NCBI GenBank assembly: GCA_963675515.1
Contig: OY776328.1
Span: 1,410,001 to 1,442,000, forward strand
Direction of reading: 5' to 3'
Length of the DNA: 32,000 nt
From: Coprobacillaceae bacterium
GTDB taxonomy: Bacteria; Bacillota_I; Bacilli_A; Erysipelotrichales; Coprobacillaceae
In this document: one piece after another, positions 1 through 8,939 of the stretch
Layout of the letters: the number at the start of each line of letters is the position of its first letter
How positions within the stretch are numbered: position 1 is the first letter of the stretch
The notes under the pieces: model-generated
What the model was told of the DNA's origin: nothing
Database searches by the model: none
Seen by the model: the letters and a program-made list of their open reading frames with translations, nothing else
Program-made: the position numbers and the translations under genes

Positions 1-72
1 CAAAACCGTAATTATCGTGACAGTGCGGTATTCAAAAAGTCAATTCTAATCATGATAACCACAGCATTGGCA

Positions 73-96
73 GTGGCTCCTTGGGGCCACTTTTTT
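73..96 (+). terminator. Putative rho-independent terminator of a gene ending at or before the window start
   Basis: Imperfect hairpin gtggctcc/ggggccac (73-90) followed directly by T6 (91-96). Confidence 0.4.
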
Positions 97-551
97 CATT
101 CCAAAAAGTTATCAATCTGATTTGCGAAAAAGTGTGGATTAATACTTATTTGTTTGGAATACCTTAATTAATATCGGTGGGCTACGTATATCGACGATGT
201 AGTACTAAGTAAATATATGATGTGTTGTCTAGCAAAGCAAAATTTAATATTCTGGAGGTTTTCAATGCACATATCTATCGGGATTCCTTTCTTAAAATGA
301 CATGTTGGATCTTAAGAAATAATGGATAAGATAGATGAAGCAAGGATTTGCAAAACAAAATTTTGATTGTGTTTAAGTAAACATCCGCAATAAGCAAATG
401 GTAGCGGATATTTACTCTGAAATTGGAGGCGATACGAATCATTATGAGACAACCAAAATTGATCAGAACAACAAACAGAAAAATATACTAATGAAAATTA
501 ATAGTCATTTACAGCTTAAATACTAGGATATTATTTTTCATTAAGTAATAT

Positions 552-1918
552 GGTAGTGTCAATATTTTTGTGTAAATTTGTAAAATTAGTTCTTACTGAT
601 CATCTTGGTTATTCTTCTTCTAGCAGGAACCAACGTTCGTAAGATATTCCTTTGAATCCCTTATGGGTATGGTTCATGAATTTTTGGTTATATTGTTCAA
701 ATTGCGAAACGATGTATTTCTCCACAGCTTCCTCATTTGGGAATTGTTCTTTAGCCTTGATTTTCCGCTTGAGCTGTTTATTGAAACCTTCGATCAGGTT
801 TGTTGTATATATGCTCTTGCGTACCGATTCAGGGAACAAATAGAAAGTGAATAGATTTGAATTCTCTTCAAGTGATTTTGCCACTTTTGGGTATTTTTGC
901 CCCCATTTGGTGATGAACTCCTTAAGCTCTTCACTCGCCGCTTTTTCAGTTTCGCAATTGTAAACTCGCTTAAAATCCTGTGCAATCTCACTACGGTCTT
1001 TCACTCTTGCTTTGGCTGTAATGTTTCTTGAAACATGCACCAGGCAACGTTGGATTTTGGCCATCGGAAAAGTGTCTTCAATGGCGTTCTCAACACCGGT
1101 TAGCCCGTCAGTACAGAATAACGCAACCGCTTCCAAACCGCGTGTTTTGAACTCTTCAAACAGTTCCCGCCATGTTGTTGCGGATTCGGTTGGCGCAATT
1201 GAATATCCTAGTATTTCCTTTGTTCCCTCTAGAGTCACTCCTATAGCGATATGAACCGCCTCTTTAGACACGGTATCGCGCCGCAAAGGAATAACTGTAG
1301 CGTCGGTATAAACAACTGCGTATTGCTTGTTTAACGGGCGATTTTTAAAGGCTTCAACATGGGCAACTATTTCCTTAGTAATATTGGAAACTGTCTGTCT
1401 GGAGTATTTCTTGCCGTAGATTGATTCAACAGTTTTTACAATGTCGCTGTTGGTCATCCCTGAATTAAATAGATCGATGACAGTGTTGGTGGTAGCTAGA
1501 TCGTTTCGCTGATATTTAGGGACCAGCGGTGAATCAAAGTCCCCTTGACGGTCACGTGGTATGCGCAGGTTCAACACACCATATTTAGTGTTGTAATCGC
1601 GGTTGTAATAGCCATTTCTTGAATTCGAATTCTCAGATCGGTCATATTTCTCATAATCAAGAAAAACGGTAAGTTCGGACTTCAAAATATCGTTGATGGC
1701 ATTCTCCAATTCGCTCCGGAAAAGTTCTGAGACTACTTGCTCAAAAGCTGGCAGATTATTATCATTTGATATTAGACTTCTAAGTAAAGTTGTTGTAAAA
1801 TAGTTCATGGGTGTAATCCTCTCGTAAATTGTTTTCGTCGAACTAATTTTACAAGGGTTGCACCCTTTTTTCTACTTAAAAGTTGAAATCCTATTTACAC
1901 AAAATATTTTACACTATC
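552..1918 (-). mobile_element. IS256-family insertion sequence, complete
   Basis: Imperfect 26-bp terminal inverted repeats: 552-577 GGTAGTGTCAATATTTTTGTGTAAAT versus the reverse complement of 1893-1918 GATAGTGTAAAATATTTTGTGTAAAT, about 21/26 by eye. Perfect 8-bp direct repeat AGTAATAT on both flanks (544-551 and 1919-1926). Contains a single transposase ORF. Confidence 0.9.
609..1808 (-). CDS. IS256-family (MULE/mutator-type DDE) transposase
   Basis: 399-aa ORF with a typical IS256 transposase layout: RNGYYNRDYNTKYG...LRIPRDRQG near the N-terminus, then YTDATVIP, CTDGLTG and NLIEGFNKQLKR motifs. Length is typical for the family. Confidence 0.95.
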   Translation of the reverse strand: MNYFTTTLLRSLISNDNNLPAFEQVVSELFRSELENAINDILKSELTVFLDYEKYDRSENSNSRNGYYNRDYNTKYGVLNLRIPRDRQGDFDSPLVPKYQRNDLATTNTVIDLFNSGMTNSDIVKTVESIYGKKYSRQTVSNITKEIVAHVEAFKNRPLNKQYAVVYTDATVIPLRRDTVSKEAVHIAIGVTLEGTKEILGYSIAPTESATTWRELFEEFKTRGLEAVALFCTDGLTGVENAIEDTFPMAKIQRCLVHVSRNITAKARVKDRSEIAQDFKRVYNCETEKAASEELKEFITKWGQKYPKVAKSLEENSNLFTFYLFPESVRKSIYTTNLIEGFNKQLKRKIKAKEQFPNEEAVEKYIVSQFEQYNQKFMNHTHKGFKGISYERWFLLEEE

Positions 1919-1934
1919 AGTAATATTGTATCAT

Positions 1935-1963
1935 TTGACTTGTTTTTTTTAATCTTGTATTAT
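1935..1963 (+). promoter_or_regulatory. Candidate sigma-A promoter just outside the IS256 right end
   Basis: TTGACT (1935-1940), 17-bp spacer, TATTAT (1958-1963). It lies about 450 nt upstream of the first operon gene in very AT-rich DNA, so a chance match is possible. Confidence 0.25.
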
Positions 1964-2412
1964 TAAATATGTTAGAATATTACAACAGATGTAATAAAAG
2001 GTATAATAATTATTACTTTTGTTTAATATAATATCGTGTTATACCTAGCATTATTATAAAATACAAATCATTATTCTACAGCGGTATTTCACTGGCTGTA
2101 CAAAATGAATCTTATAATTGTTTATAAGGGGCTAATGGGGATGAAATTGGTACCATCGACAATCAAACGGAAGTAGGTTAATTATGATTTTTTCTGCTTG
2201 ATTCTTTTAACAACTCCCCACTAATTTTTGCGAATGTATTAAATACAATTAAAGGACAATGGTCTCAAAGGAATGTTCGGATGTATGGAAAGGAACAGAG
2301 CCTCCATGTTTATTTGCGTATATTGGTCTGTCAAAAGTGATTTGGCGCAAACACCTATTTGTAAACATTTGGAATCAGGGCTTGATTAGGGTTGCTCGAG
2401 GGGGATTTAACA

Positions 2413-3492
2413 ATGGGATACGTAAACTACTTTTTGGATGATGGGGATATCATCGACCAAAGAATAACACGTGATTTTGAGTATAATACAAGGAAAACTT
2501 TGCAAAAGAAAAAGTGCCCATATTGTAATGATGTTTTTGAAAATGCTTATGGGTTACACGAGCATATCAAAAACAAGCATAATGATGGCAAGCCGATTTT
2601 ATTCGTTAACGGAAAGATTCCGGATAAAAACGGCGATTATTACGTCGATAAGGTAGACCTGGTCGAGATATACTTCTATGGGTCGGTATGCGATGTTTGT
2701 ATCGAAGACATGTCTGTCACTAATGATGATAAAGATAGGCTGGATGTTACGAGCACCGTACATGATCTTATCGAACAGAATAATATATGCAGAATTTCGA
2801 TTGGAAATGAATATGTAGTGATTCGGAAGTTTTCTCTCGATGCAATTAATGACGATAAGGTAAACATGATTATCAGGGGTTGGGAGAAAAAAATAATTTC
2901 AGGAGGTCAAATTGACAGGAATTATTTGGTTGATCTCAACCCTGCCGAATTGAAGTATCTTGATGGTTTTTTCGATTATTTTACCGCATGTAATGCGAAC
3001 ATTTATGACAAGGGGAAAAGGTATTTGGATGCGTATACGATCCTTAGCAGCTTTAATCCCATAAATTCAATTGGATTGGTCGTATTAAAAACAATTGCGT
3101 TCAGACTGAATTGGGTAAGCAAACTGATGGATTTGTGTGAATACAATGATGATTTTATGTTGGCATGCAATTTTTATAACGGCAATCATTATGTTGAAAA
3201 TATTGTGGAATGTCGCAACGGGGAAGGCACAATCTATATCGAAGATGATATCCTTGATTGCCTTAATGCGGTTGTCAACTACGCCAAATATATGCCAGAC
3301 GAGGTTGATGGTTACATCGCTAACTGTGGCGATTATGATAGTATTGCCGATGTGAATTTGAAGGATCGCGTCTTGCTTTTGATGGCCAGGCGTTCGATTG
3401 ACAGAGATAACATGAAATTGGCGAAATACTATTATGAAGAAATAAAATGTGAATATTTTCAAAATGACATTGACAGATACATACGGAAATGA
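2413..3492 (+). CDS. Hypothetical protein with one classical C2H2 zinc finger (first gene of the Hsp70-like operon)
   Basis: The long ORF in the track starts at TTG 2392, but ATG 2413 follows a GAGGGGG Shine-Dalgarno at about 8 nt. The motif CPYC-NDV-F-ENAYG-L-HE-H-IKNK-H fits C-x2-C-x3-F-x5-L-x2-H-x4-H exactly. I did not recognise the rest of the protein. Confidence 0.7.
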   Translation: MGYVNYFLDDGDIIDQRITRDFEYNTRKTLQKKKCPYCNDVFENAYGLHEHIKNKHNDGKPILFVNGKIPDKNGDYYVDKVDLVEIYFYGSVCDVCIEDMSVTNDDKDRLDVTSTVHDLIEQNNICRISIGNEYVVIRKFSLDAINDDKVNMIIRGWEKKIISGGQIDRNYLVDLNPAELKYLDGFFDYFTACNANIYDKGKRYLDAYTILSSFNPINSIGLVVLKTIAFRLNWVSKLMDLCEYNDDFMLACNFYNGNHYVENIVECRNGEGTIYIEDDILDCLNAVVNYAKYMPDEVDGYIANCGDYDSIADVNLKDRVLLLMARRSIDRDNMKLAKYYYEEIKCEYFQNDIDRYIRK

Positions 3493-3507
3493 TGAAAGAG
3501 GTGTGAA

Positions 3508-4581
3508 ATGGAACAGGACAATATATTAATAAATAAGAATAACGATTTTGAAGAAACAAAAGAGGTTATTCTAAACTTTGATGATGACAGCCGATTGCTT
3601 TCAAATGTGGAAAAGACATATAAAACTTACATAAACAGCAATGAGATATCTTCGGCAAATCTCATCGAATTACTGGATGCTGTGAAAAACAGGCTGACTG
3701 ATATCAATTCATGGTCAATATTCATGTTAAAGGTCTACAACAATCTGCCAAGAAAAAACAAGACTCTTAACGTCACTTTGGACTATATCAACAACTGGTG
3801 CAGGGAATTTTACATCAAACTAGAATTAAATGAAAAGTCGTATCTTGGCGTAATTGAGAGTGTGCCAACCAGAAGCACAATACTTGAATTTTTGAAGAGT
3901 GTTGAATTCAAATTGGAAAACAATTCAGTGAAAAAACAGATTACGCTTCATACCGGTGCTATCGCCAACTATCTATGGATGGCTACCAGCAGGAAGTACT
4001 ATAAAGGCGGTGCGACAAGCCTGGATGCTTCAACTATTGAAAGAGCCTTTGTCGATTACTATGGAAAGTTGGAAAGAAACCAGGTCGCAAATCTGCAGTG
4101 TGTCAGCATCCCATTACTGTTGGAGAAGAAGAATTTTAGTGGTAAATTCAAAGATGTCCAATATTTGTACTATAAAATGGAAGATCGTTTATCGGCTCAA
4201 CTAGATCAAAATGCGTTGTTGAAAAAAAACAATGATAATCTAATGCAATACAAAAAGGAAAAAGATGAGCAAATAGAAGAACTGAATCAAGAAATCGAAC
4301 ATTTTCACAGTGAAATTGAGAACAAAGATGGCACCATAAGTGATTTGAAAAATGAACTTGATGAAGCTAAAAGCATGTTTCAATTTGAAACCAATAAATA
4401 TGTACAGCAATATGAAACACTTAAAAGCAGCCTGATGAGGGATTTGAAAAGGGAATTGAATTTCGAGTTTGAAGGAATTCAGGACATAATTGCATCGATT
4501 CCTGATGATAAAAAGTTAAAAATAGAACGACGTCTGAATAGGATTGAAGATTTGCTGGATAAAAAACTGGGAGGGGAATAA
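3508..4581 (+). CDS. Hypothetical protein with a C-terminal coiled-coil region
   Basis: 357-aa ORF starting 15 nt after the previous stop, with AAGAGGTG upstream. The last 130 aa or so are charged and heptad-like (NDNLMQYKKEKDEQIEELNQEIEHFHSEIENKDGTISDLKNELDEAK...). I did not recognise any enzymatic motif. Confidence 0.7.
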   Translation: MEQDNILINKNNDFEETKEVILNFDDDSRLLSNVEKTYKTYINSNEISSANLIELLDAVKNRLTDINSWSIFMLKVYNNLPRKNKTLNVTLDYINNWCREFYIKLELNEKSYLGVIESVPTRSTILEFLKSVEFKLENNSVKKQITLHTGAIANYLWMATSRKYYKGGATSLDASTIERAFVDYYGKLERNQVANLQCVSIPLLLEKKNFSGKFKDVQYLYYKMEDRLSAQLDQNALLKKNNDNLMQYKKEKDEQIEELNQEIEHFHSEIENKDGTISDLKNELDEAKSMFQFETNKYVQQYETLKSSLMRDLKRELNFEFEGIQDIIASIPDDKKLKIERRLNRIEDLLDKKLGGE

Positions 4582-4583
4582 CC

Positions 4584-6127
4584 ATGGCAAAGATAGGGAT
4601 TGATTTTGGGACAACAAATTCGCTAATTGTGGCATATGATAAAAACAAAAGCAAGTTTTCATACTTTAACTACGAAGGTGACATCCCGGTTCCGACGTCA
4701 TCAACTGTCTGGTACAACGATAACAAAGTAATAGTTGGGGACGAAGCCAGAAAAAAAATGTACAAACACGCCGATGATGAGGGACATCATTTTGAAAAAT
4801 CTGTCAAGCTGAAACTGGGCAGTGGACATAATTTGAATGTATTCGGCAAACCCGTTGAGCCCTATAAGGTTGCCGCCCGCATTCTTCGACATATAAAGAC
4901 GGATGCGCTGGAACGTTGGCAAGCTGACAAGGCTGGGGCCGATTTGAACAGTGCCGTATTTACTGTGCCGATAAATTACAACGGGAAACAAAGAAGAGAT
5001 CTGAGAAAAAGCGCCCACGAAGCGGGCATTGAGGTCACAACGTTCATTCATGAGCCATTTGCGGCAATTGTCGGATATTATTTTGCAAAAGAAGACATCT
5101 CGTACGAAAAGGTGATCAAGAATTTGAATATGCTGGATGGCCAGCATATATTGACGTTTGATTGGGGTGGCGGGACTCTCGATATAACCGTTGTTCAAAT
5201 AAATAAAGGCAAGATGTGCGAACTGGGAACGGCCGAACTGACTGACAAAGCCGGGGATAAATTTGATGAAGATATTGCGACATATGTTTGGAATCTGTTT
5301 CTTGACAAATATGGAAAAAATATCCTTATGACCAATTGGAAAATAAGCGTAAGGCAAAATGGGGCCGGATGCTTGCCATAGCGGAGAAGTGTAAAATTGA
5401 ATTGTCATCCCAAGATAAAACAGAATTCCTGTTGGAAAACATAACCGACACGGAAGATATCGATTATATTATTACCAGAAGAGATCTGGAACATTTGTTG
5501 GAGAATACTTTGGAAATCGCTTGTAATCGGGTTGATGAGGCTCTATTGGAAGCAGGCATCCAAGATATAGATATTTCTCATGTTCTATTGACGGGAGGTA
5601 CATGTTATATCCCGGCAATCCAGAATCGAATGATTGAAAAATTTGGGCACAGGGTTGAAAGTGTTAAAAACGCGGATTTGCTTATCGCTCAAGGTGCAGC
5701 GGTAATTTCCGAATTGGGATGGAGACCTTTTTTGACAAAGGATATTCAAATTCAATTGTCGGATGACTCATACTGGTCAATCTTTGAAAGGGACTTTCCC
5801 ATTGTGCCTCAAAAAGAAGTGATTAGGAAGGAAGAATTTATCTGCGTTGATCAGACTTCAAAGCAGGCAAAGGTTATAGTGTGTGAGGGAGTCGAACAGG
5901 AATCCGACCGGACGTTGGCAATACTGAATGTTCAGACGCTTGGAGACAAACGGTTTGGTGACGACATTCTTGTTGAAGCCAAAATTGATAAAGATATTGT
6001 ATTGACTGTCAGTGCGCATAGTAAAATGAGCATTGGTTATAAACAGCCCGAGGAGGAATACTCGACCAGAGTGACGCGGGAAATACATCAGGTGTGTTTT
6101 GGATTGGAATTTGGGGGATGGAAATGA
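4584..6127 (+). pseudogene. Hsp70/DnaK-superfamily ATPase, reading frame broken by a 1-nt deletion in an A-run
   Basis: Two track ORFs (4584-5381 and 5336-6127) together carry the Hsp70 motifs: IGIDFGTTNS (phosphate 1), DWGGGTLDITVV (phosphate 2), AEKCKIELSS, and LTGGTCYIPAIQ...AQGAAV (adenosine). A beta-rich C-terminal region follows. Adding one A to the A6 run at 5315-5320 gives a continuous ...DKYGKKYPYDQLENKRKAKWGRMLAIAEKCKIELS... Confidence 0.85.
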
Positions 6128-6345
6128 TGTCTAAACCCAAATCGAACATCAAACTTGTTTCAAATATCATGCTTAAATCAAAATACGAAAAGGACCGTAA
6201 GGGTCTGATCTATGTTCCATGGGAGCTATTATCCAAAAGCGATAGGGATTCGCGGAATATATTGCATTTATCACAGAGACAGATAGATCAATGCGAAAAG
6301 CACTTATTTTATGCCAAGCGAATTGTCGACATAGTAGACGAGTAG
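6124..6345 (+). CDS. Small basic hypothetical protein (73 aa), translationally coupled to the Hsp70-like gene
   Basis: ATG 6124 overlaps the upstream TGA (6125-6127) as ATGA, with a GGGGGA Shine-Dalgarno at 6112-6117. I saw no HPD J-domain motif. Confidence 0.55.
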   Translation: MMSKPKSNIKLVSNIMLKSKYEKDRKGLIYVPWELLSKSDRDSRNILHLSQRQIDQCEKHLFYAKRIVDIVDE

Positions 6346-6573
6346 GGAGCATGTTAATAAATTTGTGATTGTAATAATATTTTAGTAGTGTAAGGAACTA
6401 TTTCTTGTATCACTGCTACAATAAATATGTCCTTGCGCAATCACAATTCTGTGGTTTACCATTGTTTAAGAAGGTCTTATAGATGATGGAGCATTGGATC
6501 CTGGTGTTTCTTGATGTGGATGGGGGTTTCCGGCTTTTCCATCGTTGAATTAGTAGGTTCCAATGACTCTTTA

Positions 6574-6597
6574 CTGCTTCTTAGGGAGCAGTTTTTA
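6574..6597 (+). terminator. Rho-independent terminator
   Basis: Stem ctgcttc/ggagcag (one G-U pair) with loop ttag, followed by TTTTTAT. It lies about 230 nt after the stop of the 73-aa gene. Confidence 0.6.
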
Positions 6598-6953
6598 TAT
6601 TTGCTCAGACTCAAGGAAAAGTTGATATAAATTTCTATCCGCGCTTATGTAATTGGCTTGCCTGGGGGTGCTACAGTAGAGAGTTAATCTACAAATGGTT
6701 AGTAACATATTGAAATAAGATTGAATGAAATGTATAATGAAAATATATGAGTTGTTGTTTATCGATTTTCACATGATAATGAATGAGTCAATTTCCTTCA
6801 CCTATGTATAATATTATTCTGTGATTCTTGTCAGGATTTTCGAATAAGCTTCCACTAGGCTTGAACCTGATAGTAAATATCACAGTCTTTGTCATGACGG
6901 CATGTTTACCTTAACAGATGCCAATTTGGAGTAAAAGAAATGGGGTAATAATA

Positions 6954-7373
6954 ATGAGCTCGATGCATAATGAATTGAAAATTGAGATTTCCAATGGACA
7001 TGAGGTTGATAAAGCCGTGACTGTCAAACAGGTATACAGATTATTCAATAAGCTGGGTATCACCGATTCCAGGATCCTTTGGCTTCCAGACGGACTGGGC
7101 AACAAGATCAACTTCTACTTCAAGAGCAACGAGCGTGACAACAACTATGTCGATCTTGATGGGTATTATAGCAATGGCACCTACAATGTCGATATGTTGG
7201 CGGCTGACATAAACAAATTGCTCAATCACCATAAGGTCACAATATATTACAGTTGTGAGACCGCTGCAGGTGAAGATTCTTATTATACATATTTTGGTGA
7301 CATCGACAGCCAGGATGTCATCTGCACTTATTCCGATGATGATTATGTGTTAGAAGAGGACTACTCCAAGTAG
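6954..7373 (+). CDS. Hypothetical small acidic protein (about 139 aa)
   Basis: The ORF is open from 6918. ATG 6954 has a weak TGGGG Shine-Dalgarno about 8 nt upstream. The C-terminus is rich in D/E/Y. I recognised no family, so coding status rests on ORF length and codon look only. Confidence 0.45.
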   Translation: MSSMHNELKIEISNGHEVDKAVTVKQVYRLFNKLGITDSRILWLPDGLGNKINFYFKSNERDNNYVDLDGYYSNGTYNVDMLAADINKLLNHHKVTIYYSCETAAGEDSYYTYFGDIDSQDVICTYSDDDYVLEEDYSK

Positions 7374-7480
7374 AAGGGACATTAAGATAATCGTTTCCTT
7401 ATCCTAATCTGTTGAACATTCGATTCTCAGCACGTTTCTTTTTTGTTACCTAATGAATTTTTCGTTAATGAGATATGTTG

Positions 7481-7717
7481 GTAAAAACAAATACCCAAAC
7501 TCGCCAATTATGGCAGCTTGGGTATTTTAACGTTATTGAATTATCAGGATCAGGGGTTGATTGATTAGATTATGCTTTCACCCAAAATCATTATGAAATT
7601 GTTGAAGTTCAAACAACGGATCAGATCCTGCCGCAGTCTTTGATTGTTGACAATTTCGATGAAGTTGTATAAAGGTGCTCGATTTCCTGTTGATCACATT
7701 TTTATGTTTGCCAACAT
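7481..7717. repeat. Degenerate direct copy of the 3' end plus terminator of the PRD regulator (partner at 12391-12627)
   Basis: Aligned by eye, about 85-90 percent of roughly 237 positions are identical. The copy contains the hairpin acccaaact/agcttgggt (7493-7523). Confidence 0.85.
7565..7717 (-). pseudogene. C-terminal remnant of a PRD/EIIA-domain regulator (relic allele)
   Basis: The minus-strand translation parallels the last 45 aa or so of the 12476-14407 product (...VNNQRLRQDLIRCLNFNNFIMILGESII*). It has a 1-nt gap relative to the intact gene near 7668, and similarity ends at about 7717. Confidence 0.75.
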
Positions 7718-7766
7718 TCCAGGTAAGTGACATCATATTTGCGGTGTTTTGTTTTAAACAATTTTG

Positions 7767-7795
7767 TTGTCTGAACGTTAATTAAATGGTACAAT
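7767..7795 (+). promoter_or_regulatory. Candidate sigma-A promoter of the AAA/RloB-like pair
   Basis: TTGTCT (7767-7772), 17-bp spacer ending in TGG, TACAAT (7790-7795). It lies about 22 nt upstream of the start codon. Confidence 0.5.
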
Positions 7796-7817
7796 ATGTG
7801 CGAAGGGGTTGGTAAAT

Positions 7818-8939
7818 ATGAAACTTTTACGGATAAAGGCATACAATTACAGGAATTGTGCAGATGGTATATACCTTGATTTTGTTCCGGTTGCCAGAAA
7901 GACTGAAGAAGATAAGACCTATGAGTTCAATGAAGTGGGAGAATCATTGTATACATTCTCGACCACGGCAATCATCGGAAAAAATGCTTCAGGTAAGACA
8001 AGTGTTTTGAAGCTTATCGATAACGCTTATCGTATCCTAGGTTCTTTTCAATTGGAAGATGAATTGATATCAATCAGTGGTACCCGATTGGAGCTCACAT
8101 TTTTTCATGATGTAAAACTTTACCGCTACGAAGTTGAGCTGCAAAAGCAAGACAATCTGGGAAACAGTCTTTCGTTTGGAAATGAGAAGTTGTTCGTAAG
8201 CGACTATTTCAAGTCCAAAAGCAACAAACTGTTTGAACAGGATATTTACAAGGAAATGATAATTGATAAAGAGTTGCCTGACCATATCTCCAAATTATTC
8301 TATATTTTGAAAGAAAGAAAGAACTATTGTTACTACTATGATGATTTAAGCAGCAAGGATGATATCTATCGCTCAGTTTACCGGCTTTATGAAAACGGTC
8401 TGCTCAAGAAAAAATATTGGAAACATATATTGCATCTGTTTGACGACAACATTGTCAAATTGGAAGAAGTTAAGAACGACATCTTCAGGCTTGATTATTC
8501 GGGTAAATCGATGGAACTTAGTGCTAAGGAATTGTTCTACATTCTTTCGAGTGGAACTTCAAAGGGAATAGTGCTCTACACTAGGGCCATTCAGGCGCTT
8601 GTTGAGGGCAATACGTTTATCATCGATGAAATCGAAAATCACTTCCATAAGACTCTGGTTGAGAATCTTATCGTTCTTTTCAAGGACAAGGCTGTAAACA
8701 AAAAAGGAGCTAGCCTAATTTTTTCAACCCACTACTGTGAGTTGTTAGACATGTTCAATCGCAATGATAATATCTGGGTTGCCAAATCCATGGACAAGGT
8801 TTTCTTGACCAATATGTACCGGGATTATTCAATTCGAAATGATCTGTTGAAAAGCAAAAAATTCTATGAAGACAATTTCGGAACTGCGGTAAGTTACGAT
8901 TCGCTGATGAACCTGAAAAGAGAATTGATGGATGAATAA
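7818..8939 (+). CDS. AAA-type (ABC/AAA_21-like) ATPase, AbiLi/RloA/AriA-like
   Basis: ATG 7818 follows a GAAGGGG Shine-Dalgarno; the track ORF starts at TTG 7809. Walker A is GKNASGKTS, Walker B-like is FIIDEIENHFH, and STHY lies downstream. Confidence 0.75.
   Translation: MKLLRIKAYNYRNCADGIYLDFVPVARKTEEDKTYEFNEVGESLYTFSTTAIIGKNASGKTSVLKLIDNAYRILGSFQLEDELISISGTRLELTFFHDVKLYRYEVELQKQDNLGNSLSFGNEKLFVSDYFKSKSNKLFEQDIYKEMIIDKELPDHISKLFYILKERKNYCYYYDDLSSKDDIYRSVYRLYENGLLKKKYWKHILHLFDDNIVKLEEVKNDIFRLDYSGKSMELSAKELFYILSSGTSKGIVLYTRAIQALVEGNTFIIDEIENHFHKTLVENLIVLFKDKAVNKKGASLIFSTHYCELLDMFNRNDNIWVAKSMDKVFLTNMYRDYSIRNDLLKSKKFYEDNFGTAVSYDSLMNLKRELMDE

Noticed and set aside
1-49. Possible 3' end of a plus-strand CDS (frame 2, ...KTVIIVTVRYSKSQF*), followed by the terminator at 73-96
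   Set aside because: Only 15 codons are visible, which is too short to support a call. I report the terminator alone.
2259-2441. 60-aa ORF upstream of and overlapping the zinc-finger gene; also the TTG 2392 start in the track
   Set aside because: The 60-aa ORF has no Shine-Dalgarno. ATG 2413 has a well-spaced GAGGGGG, so it is the preferred start of the zinc-finger gene.
4701-5408. 235-aa ORF on the minus strand
   Set aside because: It is fully antisense to the Hsp70-like gene, whose motifs are unambiguous. It has no Shine-Dalgarno and its composition is that of a shadow ORF.
6124-6345. 73-aa protein as a J-domain co-chaperone for the Hsp70-like ATPase
   Set aside because: It has no HPD tripeptide or J-domain helix pattern, so its function is left unknown.
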